From NCBI GenBank assembly GCA_012212665.1, contig GCA_012212665.1_4517.1: a stretch of 64,000 bases of DNA. One strand, written 5' to 3'. How positions within the stretch are numbered: the first letter of the stretch is position 1; every line of letters starts with the position of its first letter. A program made the translations under genes and the position numbers. A model generated the notes under the pieces. It did not search any database and was not told the DNA's origin. It saw only the letters and a program-made list of their open reading frames with translations. This DNA comes from a phage. Below, piece by piece: positions 1-8,924 of this stretch.

Positions 1-657
1 ATTATTCGTGTAGGTAATCAGGAAAACGGTTACGACCCACAAGCTGTATATGAATTCCATCATAACGGTACTTTTTATGCTCCAAGCTTACTTAAGAGCA
101 GTAGAGTATCAGCTGGTGGTGGTGACCCTGCATGGGGCGGGCCGTGTATTGTACTTGGAGATAACGATACCGGTTTGCTTTGGGAAAACGATGGTATTTT
201 CAACGCATATGCAAACGGCCAAGGTGTGTTTAGTTTTAGACCTGGTTTAGCTCAGACATTCGGTGATGTTAACTTCCACTGTAATGCAGGTATGTATGTT
301 CGTGATAACATTGATGTTAACGACGTTTATATTCGTTCTGATATTCGTTGTAAGTCGGAAATTAAGCTTATTAAGAACGCTCAAGAGAAATCTAAACTAT
401 TGGGCGGTTATACTTATCTGCTTAAAAACTCTGTTACAGACGAAGTTAAACCGTCCGCAGGTTTAATTGCTCAGGAAGTTCAAGAAGTATTACCTGAACT
501 TGTTTCTGAAGATAAAGAGACCGGACTGCTTCGTTTGAACTATAACGGTATTATTGGTTTAAATACAGCTGCAATAAACGAGCATACAGATGAAATCAAG
601 GAATTGAAATCTGAAATTACCGAATTGAAAGCATTAATTAAATCATTGATAAAATAA
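1..657 (+). CDS. 37: Long tail fibre distal subunit gp37, C-terminal part (5' end lies upstream of the window)
   Basis: Frame 1 is open from base 1 to the stop at 657; C-terminal motif GLIAQEVQEVLPELV followed by a coiled coil resembles tail-fibre intramolecular chaperone domains; immediately precedes gene 38. Confidence 0.6.
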   Translation: MIRVGNQENGYDPQAVYEFHHNGTFYAPSLLKSSRVSAGGGDPAWGGPCIVLGDNDTGLLWENDGIFNAYANGQGVFSFRPGLAQTFGDVNFHCNAGMYVRDNIDVNDVYIRSDIRCKSEIKLIKNAQEKSKLLGGYTYLLKNSVTDEVKPSAGLIAQEVQEVLPELVSEDKETGLLRLNYNGIIGLNTAAINEHTDEIKELKSEITELKALIKSLIK

Positions 658-662
658 TAAAA

Positions 663-676
663 GGGCCTTCGGGCCC
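663..676 (+). other. GC-rich hairpin GGGCC-UUCG-GGCCC between genes 37 and 38
   Basis: Perfect 5-bp stem with UUCG tetraloop directly upstream of the gene 38 Shine-Dalgarno (GGAGG); no U-tract follows. Confidence 0.5.
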
Positions 677-687
677 TGGAGGTTTAT

Positions 688-1467
688 ATGGCAGTAGTAG
701 GAATCCCTGGTTGGATTGGGACTTCAGCCGTTGCTGAAACGGGACAAAGATGGATGACGGCTGCTTCAAGGGAACTTCGTTTAGGAAACCCTTCATGGAT
801 GTCCCAATTCGCGGGCCGTTCAAGAGAAATAATTCACACACTTGGAGCAGACCATAACTTCAACGGTCAATGGTTCCGAGATAGATGTTTTGAGGCAGGT
901 AGTGCACCTATAGTGTTTAATATCACCGGAAATTTGGTATCATATAGTAAAGATGTTCCATTATTCTTTATGTATGGCGATACGCCAAATGAATATGTTA
1001 CTTTGAATATTCATGGTGGAGTTCATATGTGGGGACGAGGTGGTAACGGTACTGTAAACGGAAACCCAGGCACTAATGGTGGCGATGTAATCCAAAATGA
1101 TATCGGCGGAAGACTTCGTATTTGGAACTATGGTGTTATTGCATCAGGCGGTGGCGGAGGTGGTGCAGTGTCATTACAGAATAGCTGGGCGCCAAATGCT
1201 ACAGCAGGTGGCGGTGGTGGTAGACCATTTGGCATCGGCGGAGGTGGCGTTAATTGGCCGGGTGGTAATGCTAGTTATGACGCCCCGGGCGGGGCCGGTT
1301 ACACTTCCCAATTCGGCGGAGGCAATGGCGGTGATGCTGGAGGTCGTGGCGGAGATGGATGGGGTAATCACTTATCTAGATCTGGCGGTGGTGCTCCTGG
1401 CAGAGCAGTATTCGGAAGTTCACCGTCATGGGGTGCTACAGGCACAATCTACGGCTCCTGGATTTAA
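688..1467 (+). CDS. 38: Tail-fibre adhesin gp38, T2-type receptor-recognition protein with glycine-rich motifs
   Basis: 259 aa with multiple poly-Gly blocks ([30 protein letters not shown]) typical of T2-like gp38 adhesins; follows gene 37; GGAGG Shine-Dalgarno. Confidence 0.65.
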   Translation: MAVVGIPGWIGTSAVAETGQRWMTAASRELRLGNPSWMSQFAGRSREIIHTLGADHNFNGQWFRDRCFEAGSAPIVFNITGNLVSYSKDVPLFFMYGDTPNEYVTLNIHGGVHMWGRGGNGTVNGNPGTNGGDVIQNDIGGRLRIWNYGVIASGGGGGGAVSLQNSWAPNATAGGGGGRPFGIGGGGVNWPGGNASYDAPGGAGYTSQFGGGNGGDAGGRGGDGWGNHLSRSGGGAPGRAVFGSSPSWGATGTIYGSWI

Positions 1468-1485
1468 ACGATAATACCTCTCAAT

Positions 1486-1493
1486 TATAAATA
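1486..1493 (+). promoter_or_regulatory. Late promoter (TATAAATA) upstream of holin t
   Basis: Exact TATAAATA about 20 nt upstream of the t start codon; T4 late promoter consensus recognised by gp55. Confidence 0.6.
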
Positions 1494-1512
1494 TTGATAA
1501 ATGGGAGGTAAT

Positions 1513-2172
1513 ATGGCAGCACCAAAAGTATCATTTTCGCCTAGTGATATTTTATTTGGGTTGCTAGACCGCATTTTCAAAGATAACGCCTCTGGAAATA
1601 TTCTTATTTCAAGAGTTGCTGTTGTAGTTCTTTTGTTCCTAATGGCACTAATATGGTACAAAGGGAATATTTTTATGGATTATTACGTGAGGTCGAAATA
1701 TGATACTTACACAGAAGTAATTCAAAAAGAAAGAAATACACGATTTGAATCTGCGGCTTTAGAACAACTACAAATAGTCCACGTCACATCAAGGGCGGAT
1801 TTTAGTTCGGTGTATTCTTTCAGACCTAAAAATCTAAATTATTTCGTCGACCTTATTGCGTATGAAGGTAAGTTACCTAGCACAGTAACTGAAAAATCTA
1901 TGGGAGGATTTCCTGTTGATAAAACGACAGCAGAATATTCGGTCCATTTAAGTGGACTTCACTTTACTTCTAAAACAGATTTTGCTTTCTTACCTACCAA
2001 ATCAAAAACTCCGGAACTGGCGTATATGTATAGTTGTCCTTACTTCAATTTGGATAACATATATGCGGGAACTGTTTCTATGTATTGGTATAAGGGATCG
2101 GATGTGCTAAATGAAGAACGCTTGGCTGCAATATGCAACCAAGCAGCAAGGATATTAGGGCGGGCTAAATAA
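1513..2172 (+). CDS. t: Holin t (lysis timing protein)
   Basis: Strong similarity to T4 holin T (MAAP..SFSPSDILFG..RVAVV..FRPKNLNYFVD..MYSCPYFNLDNIYAG); start taken at the second ATG, which has a GGGAGG Shine-Dalgarno. Confidence 0.9.
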   Translation: MAAPKVSFSPSDILFGLLDRIFKDNASGNILISRVAVVVLLFLMALIWYKGNIFMDYYVRSKYDTYTEVIQKERNTRFESAALEQLQIVHVTSRADFSSVYSFRPKNLNYFVDLIAYEGKLPSTVTEKSMGGFPVDKTTAEYSVHLSGLHFTSKTDFAFLPTKSKTPELAYMYSCPYFNLDNIYAGTVSMYWYKGSDVLNEERLAAICNQAARILGRAK

Positions 2173-2445
2173 TTAGTTGTTAGAATACATCGCTAAATGA
2201 CGATAAATATTTTCAAAACCTTCATTGAATTCACTAATCAGTGTTTTCTTTTCTTCGGCAGTTAAATTTGTAATTAGTTTTCTGAACGAATTCTGATTTA
2301 GCTGCCGACCATCTTTTTTAATTCCAATCTCATTCAAGAATCCGATGAAATTTGCTCGGTCTTCAACAATATCTTCCCTAGAGAATTTAATCAAAATAGA
2401 AGCAATAGTAATAATTTCACGTACGATTTCAATGTCTTTATTCAT
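2173..2445 (-). CDS. asiA: Anti-sigma-70 factor AsiA
   Basis: 90 aa, near-identical to T4 AsiA (MNK.I..VREIIT.ASILIKFSREDIVE.RANFI.FLNEIG...NEGFE). Confidence 0.9.
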   Translation of the reverse strand: MNKDIEIVREIITIASILIKFSREDIVEDRANFIGFLNEIGIKKDGRQLNQNSFRKLITNLTAEEKKTLISEFNEGFENIYRHLAMYSNN

Positions 2446-2491
2446 AACGTTTTATTCATTCCACTTAATTGTTAGGAGTATAGTACCATTA

Positions 2492-2707
2492 TCAGTGTTG
2501 ATTGTAAACGGCTTTTTCTACGCTTTTAACGTAATCAATGTAGTCTTCCTGTTCGTACGAGTGTAAGGCTAAGAACGAGGCCAATAGTTCATTATAGATT
2601 AAAGCCTCACGCTCACGTTCGGCCTCTACTACGTTCTGAAGATTATGACTCATATTGTTCCTTATAACTATCAATGTAGTCCTGTATGTCAAAGAACGAC
2701 ATTTCAT
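2492..2707 (-). CDS. Hypothetical small protein
   Basis: ORF of 71 aa in the asiA-motA interval; start uncertain; partly overlaps the neighbouring ORF. Confidence 0.3.
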   Translation of the reverse strand: MKCRSLTYRTTLIVIRNNMSHNLQNVVEAEREREALIYNELLASFLALHSYEQEDYIDYVKSVEKAVYNQH

Positions 2708-2942
2708 ATTCTAGGACATTAAGAGCCCGTTCTTCAGTATAGTCAGAACCAAAGACGATAGTGATTTCACCAGGCTTCATATGATTGAAATCAACGCTAA
2801 AAGGAATACGAGAACATACTTCGTCTGCCATATCTACGATAACACTACGATACACTTCTCGGTTAACCTGATAAAGCTCTGCAAGTTCTTCACATCGAAT
2901 AACAAGTTCAGTGGCAGGATTTTCTTTGATTTTAGTAAACAT
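2643..2942 (-). CDS. Hypothetical acidic protein, possibly Arn-like anti-restriction protein
   Basis: Position next to asiA as for T4 arn; acidic C-terminus (EYEMSFFDIQDYIDSYKEQYES); start taken at an internal Met. Confidence 0.35.
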   Translation of the reverse strand: MFTKIKENPATELVIRCEELAELYQVNREVYRSVIVDMADEVCSRIPFSVDFNHMKPGEITIVFGSDYTEERALNVLEYEMSFFDIQDYIDSYKEQYES

Positions 2943-3025
2943 AGTCTTTACCCTTATGTTTTTGTTTACGCTTAGATTGAAGTTCTGATTTCTTCTTGTC
3001 CTTATGGACAGAAGCCTTATTGAAA

Positions 3026-3244
3026 TCATGTTTTGCTACAAGATTGTTCATAATGATTTATAACCTCATTTAAACATTTATCGGTAAAAGAAAACTTTTT
3101 AGCCACAGAACATTCGATATTGTGTTCTTTCAAATCTTTAGAGTCAGTATAACCCATCTCAGTAATAAAGTGGCGAATTAAAGCTTTATTCTTATCATTA
3201 ACAGAATTAAAATAATCTGCTTTAGAATCAATTATTCTCATCAT
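3026..3244 (-). CDS. Hypothetical protein
   Basis: ORF of 72 aa, minus strand, tightly packed with neighbours. Confidence 0.4.
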   Translation of the reverse strand: MMRIIDSKADYFNSVNDKNKALIRHFITEMGYTDSKDLKEHNIECSVAKKFSFTDKCLNEVINHYEQSCSKT

Positions 3245-3509
3245 CTAATTTCCTTAATTGATATTGCAACGAGCTAATAATTTCTTCGTTCATTTTAATA
3301 TACATGTCACGCAAGAAAGGTTTTAACCCATCACGAATAATTGCTAACGTATCACCTTTACATAAATTAACCAAATAAGGATGGTCTAAAGCATCCCAAC
3401 CAGGCTGATTAGCATACATACCATAGTTTTCTTCCATCATATGATTAAGGCGTTTGATATCTTGGATACGTGATTCAATAGCATCTTTCTGGAGTTGTTT
3501 AATATTCAT
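3228..3509 (-). CDS. Hypothetical protein
   Basis: ORF of 93 aa, minus strand. Confidence 0.4.
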   Translation of the reverse strand: MNIKQLQKDAIESRIQDIKRLNHMMEENYGMYANQPGWDALDHPYLVNLCKGDTLAIIRDGLKPFLRDMYIKMNEEIISSLQYQLRKLDDENN

Positions 3510-3970
3510 TAATAAAGGTCCTCTGAATAAAGTTCTTTCTCACTTCCGCCACGTTCAATACGTACCTGTCCAGCATACGTTGCAATAATCATTGCTTCTT
3601 CCCGCGTCCAGTAATTAGAGTATTGGTCGATAAAGCCTTGGTCGTCACCACAAACTTGTTGCGAGACTAATTGAGGACCAACTATATCAAGTACTTCAGC
3701 CATATCTTTAGAGTAATGACGAACTCCAGGAATAACCAGAGTTCCACCGCTCTTCAATTTAAACCTATTAGCTGCACATACTATAACACGTTGAACTTTT
3801 TGGTCGTTATTCCAATAGCACGTTTGCCAACAGATTTCAGGAACTTCATTCATTATATCATCAGCAGAATAATTATAACCGTAGGACTGGAATTTTTCTG
3901 CTAGACTTTCAGGAGTCTCACGAGACAAGGCCAAATCTAATAGCTCTAAACGTTCTTTAAATGATTTCAT
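3509..3970 (-). CDS. Hypothetical protein
   Basis: ORF of 153 aa; stop/start overlap with flanking ORFs suggests translational coupling. Confidence 0.45.
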   Translation of the reverse strand: MKSFKERLELLDLALSRETPESLAEKFQSYGYNYSADDIMNEVPEICWQTCYWNNDQKVQRVIVCAANRFKLKSGGTLVIPGVRHYSKDMAEVLDIVGPQLVSQQVCGDDQGFIDQYSNYWTREEAMIIATYAGQVRIERGGSEKELYSEDLY

Positions 3971-4296
3971 TTAAACCATTCCTTAATACGTTGCCAAATA
4001 GATTTTTGTGCTTGTTTATTTACACCAATCGAACGAATAACCGGTTGCGACTGCTGATATTCTTTATAATCTTCTTTATAGATTTCGTAAGCTGCATCAA
4101 CAAATGAACTGATCGCTGCCATGTAGTTTTTACGAAGGCCAAATGGCGCGTCATTATTTTCACGAATAACCGTATATTGGCCTGCTTTAATCTTTACAAT
4201 TGTCCCTAAATAAGCCCCGTGGTACCAAATATCCCATCCTTCCTGAGTAGGTTCTGCACATTTACGAAGTTCGTTAATAATATTCAGCTTATTCAT
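3967..4296 (-). CDS. Hypothetical protein (motA.1 position)
   Basis: ORF of 109 aa directly downstream of motA. Confidence 0.45.
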   Translation of the reverse strand: MNKLNIINELRKCAEPTQEGWDIWYHGAYLGTIVKIKAGQYTVIRENNDAPFGLRKNYMAAISSFVDAAYEIYKEDYKEYQQSQPVIRSIGVNKQAQKSIWQRIKEWFK

Positions 4297-4306
4297 TATA
4301 TATTCC

Positions 4307-4939
4307 TCACAGTACGTTAGTTACAAGGGTAATGATTTCTTTGGACACATTAGGGAAGTCAATGTAAGTATATTTACCACCGATTTTAATCTTAACATCA
4401 TTTTCAAGAGAAGTAAACAGCTTTGATTCAGTTTCTGACATGTTGTATGCAAAGATTCTAAGAGCGCCATCTCGTCGAATTTCAATTTGGCGAATGCCTA
4501 GAACTCGTTTAGCGAATCGAACTTCTAAGTTACTACGGTTTTCACCAATTTCTTTAACTTCAACTTTATCTTTAATATTTTCAAAAACAAAGTTCGCTAG
4601 TTCATGCATTTCAGGAGTAACTCCACGTGCTTTTCTGGTGTTACGTTTCTGGAGAAGTTCTGGAGCATTTTCTTGAGCAAATAGGTCTGCAGCTTTTTGG
4701 ATAATATCCATTGCTTCGCCGGTTGCCACAAGTCCATCACCGGATTTTTCGACTAAACCTTTCTTAATCAATACACCAATGTTAGAGTTAACAACTGACG
4801 CATTGTATTCCGCTTCCAGAGCTTCACGGACATTGGCAGCAGTGGTGAAGTTGTTCTTAATGATATAAACCATTATTGCAGCAGTTTTTTCATTCAGAGC
4901 GTTTTCAGAAGCTTTGATGATGTAAGTAACTTTAGACAT
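4307..4939 (-). CDS. motA: Middle-transcription activator MotA
   Basis: 210 aa, N-terminus MSKVTYIIKAS..NEKTA and internal NSNIGVLIKKGLVEKSGDGL match T4 MotA; synteny with gene 52. Confidence 0.9.
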   Translation of the reverse strand: MSKVTYIIKASENALNEKTAAIMVYIIKNNFTTAANVREALEAEYNASVVNSNIGVLIKKGLVEKSGDGLVATGEAMDIIQKAADLFAQENAPELLQKRNTRKARGVTPEMHELANFVFENIKDKVEVKEIGENRSNLEVRFAKRVLGIRQIEIRRDGALRIFAYNMSETESKLFTSLENDVKIKIGGKYTYIDFPNVSKEIITLVTNVL

Positions 4940-4978
4940 TTTATTTCTCCAATTTGGTTGTTTTGTTTTGATAGGTCT

Positions 4979-5007
4979 ATAATATCATGTTTGAAGCACA
5001 TGTAAAC
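4979..5007 (-). promoter_or_regulatory. Early promoter (GTTTAC -35 / TATTAT -10) for motA
   Basis: Minus strand reads GTTTAC-17 nt-TATTAT about 40 nt upstream of the motA start. Confidence 0.55.
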
Positions 5008-5013
5008 TGTTTT

Positions 5014-5052
5014 GTGAGAAAAAAAAATGCACAAAAGGGAGCTTCGGCTCCC
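5014..5052 (-). terminator. Intrinsic terminator downstream of gene 52
   Basis: Minus-strand hairpin GGGAGC-CGAA-GCUCCC followed by UUUUGUGCAUUUUUUUUU. Confidence 0.65.
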
Positions 5053-5128
5053 TAATCATGTTTGTCTAACCAATACAGCCAAATCACTAGTGCAGCTATT
5101 GCACCGAGAAATCCTAAGGCTAGGGCAC

Positions 5129-6454
5129 TCAAAGTGCCTCCAAGTCTTTAGTGTACTCTGTCACAACATCAGTAGACTTCCAATACTCATTTTCTTCTTT
5201 CTTAGCTTTAGCTTCTTCTGCTAGTTTACGTGCTTCGTCAGAAGTGATATGGAAGATGTTAAGACCTACCAATTTATCGATATGTTCTTTATACATTTCG
5301 ATTTGTGCTAGCTCTTCAGTCAAAGCTTTACGAGTCTTGCCTTGAATCACAATTTCGCCACTGATAACTTTTTTGATGAAGTGTGCCTTAGCAAAAGCCA
5401 GTTTAAATGCTTTTTCAGATTCAATGATTTTGTTATCAATACGTTTCTGAACGTAAGTCTTACGGACTTCAACAAAATCTTTGATTAAGTCCACTACGTT
5501 ATCGTAGACCGTTAATTTACCCTTTTCATTAATCACTGTGATGTTTTGTGAACGACGTTCGATGAGACTAAAATCTTTCATGGTTTTTTCATGACGTAGC
5601 TCTTCATCATCAGGAAGCGAGTACTCTTTACGGAACTTCACCTTAAACCCAAAACCGTGTTCACCACAATCATCTTCCCATGAGATTAGACCTTTGTCTT
5701 CCAACGGGTCAAGAACCTTACTCACATACGTTTCACGGTCGAATTTATATGGGATTTCAGTTATCTGCATTTGAGTGCGAGATGTGAACTTATATGTTCC
5801 GTGAATCTCATAACGCCCATCAACTTCATGCACTTCACCGCGGAATTCCGGGAATTCAACTTTTGGTTTAGTGACATTTTTACCTTGAAGAGCTTGTAAT
5901 ACAGCCTTTTTGACCGATTTAAAACTATGAGGCAGAATATTTGTTGCGTAACCGGTTGCAATACCAGAGACACCGTTCAAAAGAACTGTCGGAATAATAG
6001 GAAGATAGAATTTTGGTGGAACGTGTTCTTTATCTTCATGAGCTGGAGCATATTCGGTATCTTTATAGACATTATAGAAATTTTTGCTTACACGAGCAAA
6101 AATATAACGAGATGCTGCAGCTTTTTGGACTGTTCGAGAACCAAAGTTGCCTTGACCATCTAATAGTGGATAGTTGTTATTCCATGTGTTAGCCATCAAT
6201 GCACCTGCATCTTGTGCAGAAGATTCACCATGGTGATAACCTAAATCTGCAACACCGCCTGCAATTGACGCAAGTTTATGAAATTTTTCTTTATTACCAC
6301 GAGCCAAATCTAATGCACGATGAACCACAAAACGTTGAACCGGCTTAAATCCATCAATCATGTTTGGGATTGCACGGTTTTCAACGGTGTACATAGCATA
6401 TGCTAAGGCTTCGTTATCAATAATACTTTTTAGATTACGAGAATTCAATTGCAT
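5129..6454 (-). CDS. 52: DNA topoisomerase II medium subunit gp52 (GyrA-like)
   Basis: 441 aa; topoisomerase II DNA-cleavage core similarity (GFKPVQRF.., LLDGQGNFGS, active-site region); T4 synteny motA-52. Confidence 0.9.
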   Translation of the reverse strand: MQLNSRNLKSIIDNEALAYAMYTVENRAIPNMIDGFKPVQRFVVHRALDLARGNKEKFHKLASIAGGVADLGYHHGESSAQDAGALMANTWNNNYPLLDGQGNFGSRTVQKAAASRYIFARVSKNFYNVYKDTEYAPAHEDKEHVPPKFYLPIIPTVLLNGVSGIATGYATNILPHSFKSVKKAVLQALQGKNVTKPKVEFPEFRGEVHEVDGRYEIHGTYKFTSRTQMQITEIPYKFDRETYVSKVLDPLEDKGLISWEDDCGEHGFGFKVKFRKEYSLPDDEELRHEKTMKDFSLIERRSQNITVINEKGKLTVYDNVVDLIKDFVEVRKTYVQKRIDNKIIESEKAFKLAFAKAHFIKKVISGEIVIQGKTRKALTEELAQIEMYKEHIDKLVGLNIFHITSDEARKLAEEAKAKKEENEYWKSTDVVTEYTKDLEAL

Positions 6455-6458
6455 ATTT

Positions 6459-6596
6459 TCACCATATTAATGAACGAATAACCATTATAACATCTGAAAT
6501 GAAAAGCACTACTTGGATTAGTCCAAACATCACACCGTAGTACAGAATCGTAAACAACAAGAGCCCGAAGGCTCCTGCTAAGATTTTCTTAATCAT
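6459..6596 (-). CDS. Small hydrophobic peptide (about 45 aa)
   Basis: Unannotated ORF below the 60-aa cut-off (MIKKILAGAFGLLLFTILYYGVMFGL...); occupies the T4 ac/stp position between gene 52 and ndd. Confidence 0.3.
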   Translation of the reverse strand: MIKKILAGAFGLLLFTILYYGVMFGLIQVVLFISDVIMVIRSLIW

Positions 6597-6734
6597 TACT
6601 CGCCTTTTAACACGTTAAGAAGAGCTAAGACCGCTAAGGTACCTTGTGATACGGCCTGTTGAAATACCGTTGTTTCGCCTGTAACTAAAGTGTTAACGAA
6701 TAAAAACGACCAACACAACAATGCAATAATCCAT
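6597..6734 (-). CDS. Small hydrophobic peptide (about 45 aa)
   Basis: Unannotated ORF (MVSWIIALLCWSFLFVNTLVTGE...), stop adjacent to the start of the next small ORF. Confidence 0.3.
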
Positions 6735-6794
6735 GATACCATTTTAATTACCTCACAAATAAATTAAAGGCCTAACTTAATAGGCCTGTATAAA

Positions 6795-7241
6795 TTAATA
6801 ACTCTGCAGAATGAATTTGAAATTATCAGCCAGAAGACGGTTCATTTCGGTGAGTGTTTGATATTCTGATGTATGATTGCGAGTGAATGCCAGAGCCAAT
6901 TGTCCTTTACCATAGCCAGTAGTCAGGGGTTTCATGTTCTTAGCTGCAACAAAGATTACATCGTATTCAATATTGTTAGTGCCCATGGTACGGGCGAGTT
7001 GTGAACGGCCTTGACGAATGTGAGAAAGAATTGCATCCAACCCTTGTTTAGAACGTTGACGACCTACAAAGAATCGTGCTGCCACTTGTCGCCAGTCAGA
7101 TGAACCTTTAACAAAGAAGTAAAAACCTTCACGAGAACGAAACTCTTTAGAAACTTCAGAACCGTATTCACCGTTACGAACTACTGCAACAACTTCACCG
7201 CCAACTGCCAGAAGGTCTTTACGAGTTAAATATTTGGACAT
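6795..7241 (-). CDS. ndd: Nucleoid disruption protein Ndd
   Basis: 148 aa; strong similarity to T4 Ndd (GFYF.V....RFYVGNQRSKQG..A.LSHIRQ.RSQLART...[41 protein letters not shown]). Confidence 0.85.
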   Translation of the reverse strand: MSKYLTRKDLLAVGGEVVAVVRNGEYGSEVSKEFRSREGFYFFVKGSSDWRQVAARFFVGRQRSKQGLDAILSHIRQGRSQLARTMGTNNIEYDVIFVAAKNMKPLTTGYGKGQLALAFTRNHTSEYQTLTEMNRLLADNFKFILQSY

Positions 7242-7285
7242 GCTAATTTCCTCAATTGATTAATGTTTTTGTAATCCATGAGAGC

Positions 7286-7314
7286 ATTATACTCTGCTCT
7301 CAAGAGTTTGTACA
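7286..7314 (-). promoter_or_regulatory. Early promoter upstream of ndd
   Basis: Minus strand TGTACA-17 nt-TATAAT; a near-identical block recurs at 51952..51980. Confidence 0.45.
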
Positions 7315-7317
7315 ATT

Positions 7318-7518
7318 TTATTCGGCCATATCAGAACGTTCAAAAAGCTCTTCAACAGTTAAACATTCAGTGTCATCCTCGATAAAGAATCGGGTCCAAC
7401 ACGTTGGGGCGATGCAGTTATGAGTTTGTCCAGCTATAGAAGCTACACGAATAAGCTGCTGTCCATTATTCAGGACAAATTTTTCACCAATTTCAACATC
7501 TTTAAAAAGCTTAGCCAT
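7318..7518 (-). CDS. Hypothetical protein
   Basis: ORF of 71 aa; start placed at the second ATG, which has a GAGGAA Shine-Dalgarno; promoter immediately upstream. Confidence 0.4.
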   Translation of the reverse strand: MAKLFKDVEIGEKFVLNNGQQLIRVASIAGQTHNCIAPTCWTRFFIEDDTECLTVEELFERSDMAE

Positions 7519-7547
7519 TTTTGTATTCCTCATGTTTAAGTAGGACT

Positions 7548-7577
7548 ACTATACCATAATCCTACTGTGTTGTAAAC
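7548..7577 (-). promoter_or_regulatory. Early promoter, copy 1 of a perfectly duplicated 38-bp promoter block
   Basis: Minus strand GTTTAC-18 nt-TATAGT with TGG extended -10; block 7541..7578 is identical to 8053..8090. Confidence 0.55.
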
Positions 7578-7769
7578 AATTAAATTACATTAAAATATGT
7601 TAAAGCCAACCATGTTCCAGTGAACGAACATGCAATGTAAAAAACCGTATCACAAAATGTTCTTAGTACAATAAGAAGTGCATTTTTCATAAGTACCTCA
7701 ACACAATTGAAAATATTATACAAATCATTGGGATACTAAGCAACCATATTCCTATCCACATTTTAGAGC

Positions 7770-8033
7770 TCATATCTCAACTTCCGTGAGTTCCATATAT
7801 CCTTTGTTGATAACCTCTTTAAGGTCTTTAGAAAGAATAACACCAAAATGGTCGTTCATATGTCCATTAACTAAACGAGTTATTTCGGCTTCAGATGACA
7901 TATAAGGCACGTCTGAGTCCCAATGAGATAGACCTAAATGGGTATAAATCATCCCTTCGTCATCTGCCGTGTTGTACATTGAAACAAATTCGCCTGTTAC
8001 TTTATGTTTTGCGTAGAAAAATTTAAATTTCAT
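7770..8033 (-). CDS. Hypothetical protein
   Basis: ORF of 87 aa with AGAGGA Shine-Dalgarno; preceded by promoter copy 2. Confidence 0.45.
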   Translation of the reverse strand: MKFKFFYAKHKVTGEFVSMYNTADDEGMIYTHLGLSHWDSDVPYMSSEAEITRLVNGHMNDHFGVILSKDLKEVINKGYMELTEVEI

Positions 8034-8059
8034 GGTGTTATCCTCTTTTAGATAGGACT

Positions 8060-8089
8060 ACTATACCATAATCCTACTGTGTTGTAAAC
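8060..8089 (-). promoter_or_regulatory. Early promoter, copy 2 of the duplicated 38-bp block
   Basis: Identical to 7548..7577; GTTTAC -35 and TGgTATAGT -10. Confidence 0.55.
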
Positions 8090-8101
8090 ACTTTTATGAA
8101 A

Positions 8102-8659
8102 TTAAAGATGAAGATACCATCCGTTGTAGTTGCTCTTGCGGACGATTTTCTTTAGGTCTTCATGGTCTCCCACGAACTTTATAGAATAAGAGAAGACGTC
8201 AGGTGAGGTTTCTTTGACATTCAATATAATAATACAGTCAGCGACTCGATGATTCAGGAAGGGCCCTATGTTGATTCCGTTGCCGCCTGGATAATCACCA
8301 CTGTATCCTGTTGTAACAGAAATCCATTTAGAATCCATCTGATGTGTCTTGACTTCTACACGAATTCCACAATATTTGGGATGGGCTAACACATCCCATG
8401 CATATGTGTACGGGTCTTCTACGTCTTCATTACCTTTATTAACATATCCGTCTAGCCAATTTGCTACTACATACTCTGCAAAGACTGCAACCTTACAACG
8501 TCGAACTACATCTTCTTTGTTTTGGTCTGGATTTTGGCTCAGGGAATACCGAGCGGTGTCAGCAATCTTCACTTTCATTTCACTAGTCAAAAACTCATTC
8601 GACAGGATAAATGTCGGAAGATTCTTCAGTCTCAACAGTCCCAAGTTCGTCTTTACCAT
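8102..8659 (-). CDS. Hypothetical protein, possibly DenB-like (endonuclease IV position)
   Basis: ORF between ndd and rIIB as for T4 denB; start ambiguous (M1 at 8722, M22 at 8659, M49 at 8578); no motif confirmed. Confidence 0.35.
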   Translation of the reverse strand: MVKTNLGLLRLKNLPTFILSNEFLTSEMKVKIADTARYSLSQNPDQNKEDVVRRCKVAVFAEYVVANWLDGYVNKGNEDVEDPYTYAWDVLAHPKYCGIRVEVKTHQMDSKWISVTTGYSGDYPGGNGINIGPFLNHRVADCIIILNVKETSPDVFSYSIKFVGDHEDLKKIVRKSNYNGWYLHL

Positions 8660-8879
8660 AGATACCTCTGATGTGTAGTTCACCAAAATAAATGCGGTCT
8701 CCTTCTTCAAGATATTCTGCATCTACAGGTGGGATTTCAATAACAACTTCGTCGCATTCTAACCAGCCGTAGTGTGCATCACCAGGATGTTTTACCAATT
8801 TAGCACAATAAACTGATTTACACTTATGATGACCACGAAGATTAGCAATTTTGGATTCTGATACGTCAAATGGATGAAT
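8595..8879 (-). CDS. Hypothetical protein
   Basis: ORF in the rIIB-denB spacer; start placed at an internal Met; overlaps the preceding ORF depending on start choice. Confidence 0.35.
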   Translation of the reverse strand: MHPFDVSESKIANLRGHHKCKSVYCAKLVKHPGDAHYGWLECDEVVIEIPPVDAEYLEEGDRIYFGELHIRGIYGKDELGTVETEESSDIYPVE

Positions 8880-8894
8880 CATAATTACCCCTAA

Positions 8895-8919
8895 AGAAAA
8901 AAAGGGGACCGAAGTCACC
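8895..8919 (-). terminator. Putative weak terminator downstream of rIIB
   Basis: Imperfect UUCG-loop hairpin (GGUGAC-UUCG-GUCCCC, one mismatch) followed by a U7 run on the minus strand. Confidence 0.35.
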
Positions 8920-8924
8920 AATTA

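Noticed and set aside
1140-1340. GGC/GGT-rich simple-sequence repeat
   Set aside because: It is in frame within gene 38 and encodes the glycine-rich motifs of the adhesin; it is coding sequence, not a non-coding repeat.
6561-6575. UUCG-type hairpin GAGCC-CGAA-GGCTC as a terminator between gene 52 and ndd
   Set aside because: It lies inside the small hydrophobic ORF 6459..6596, where it encodes AFGL, and has no U-tract; probably coincidental.
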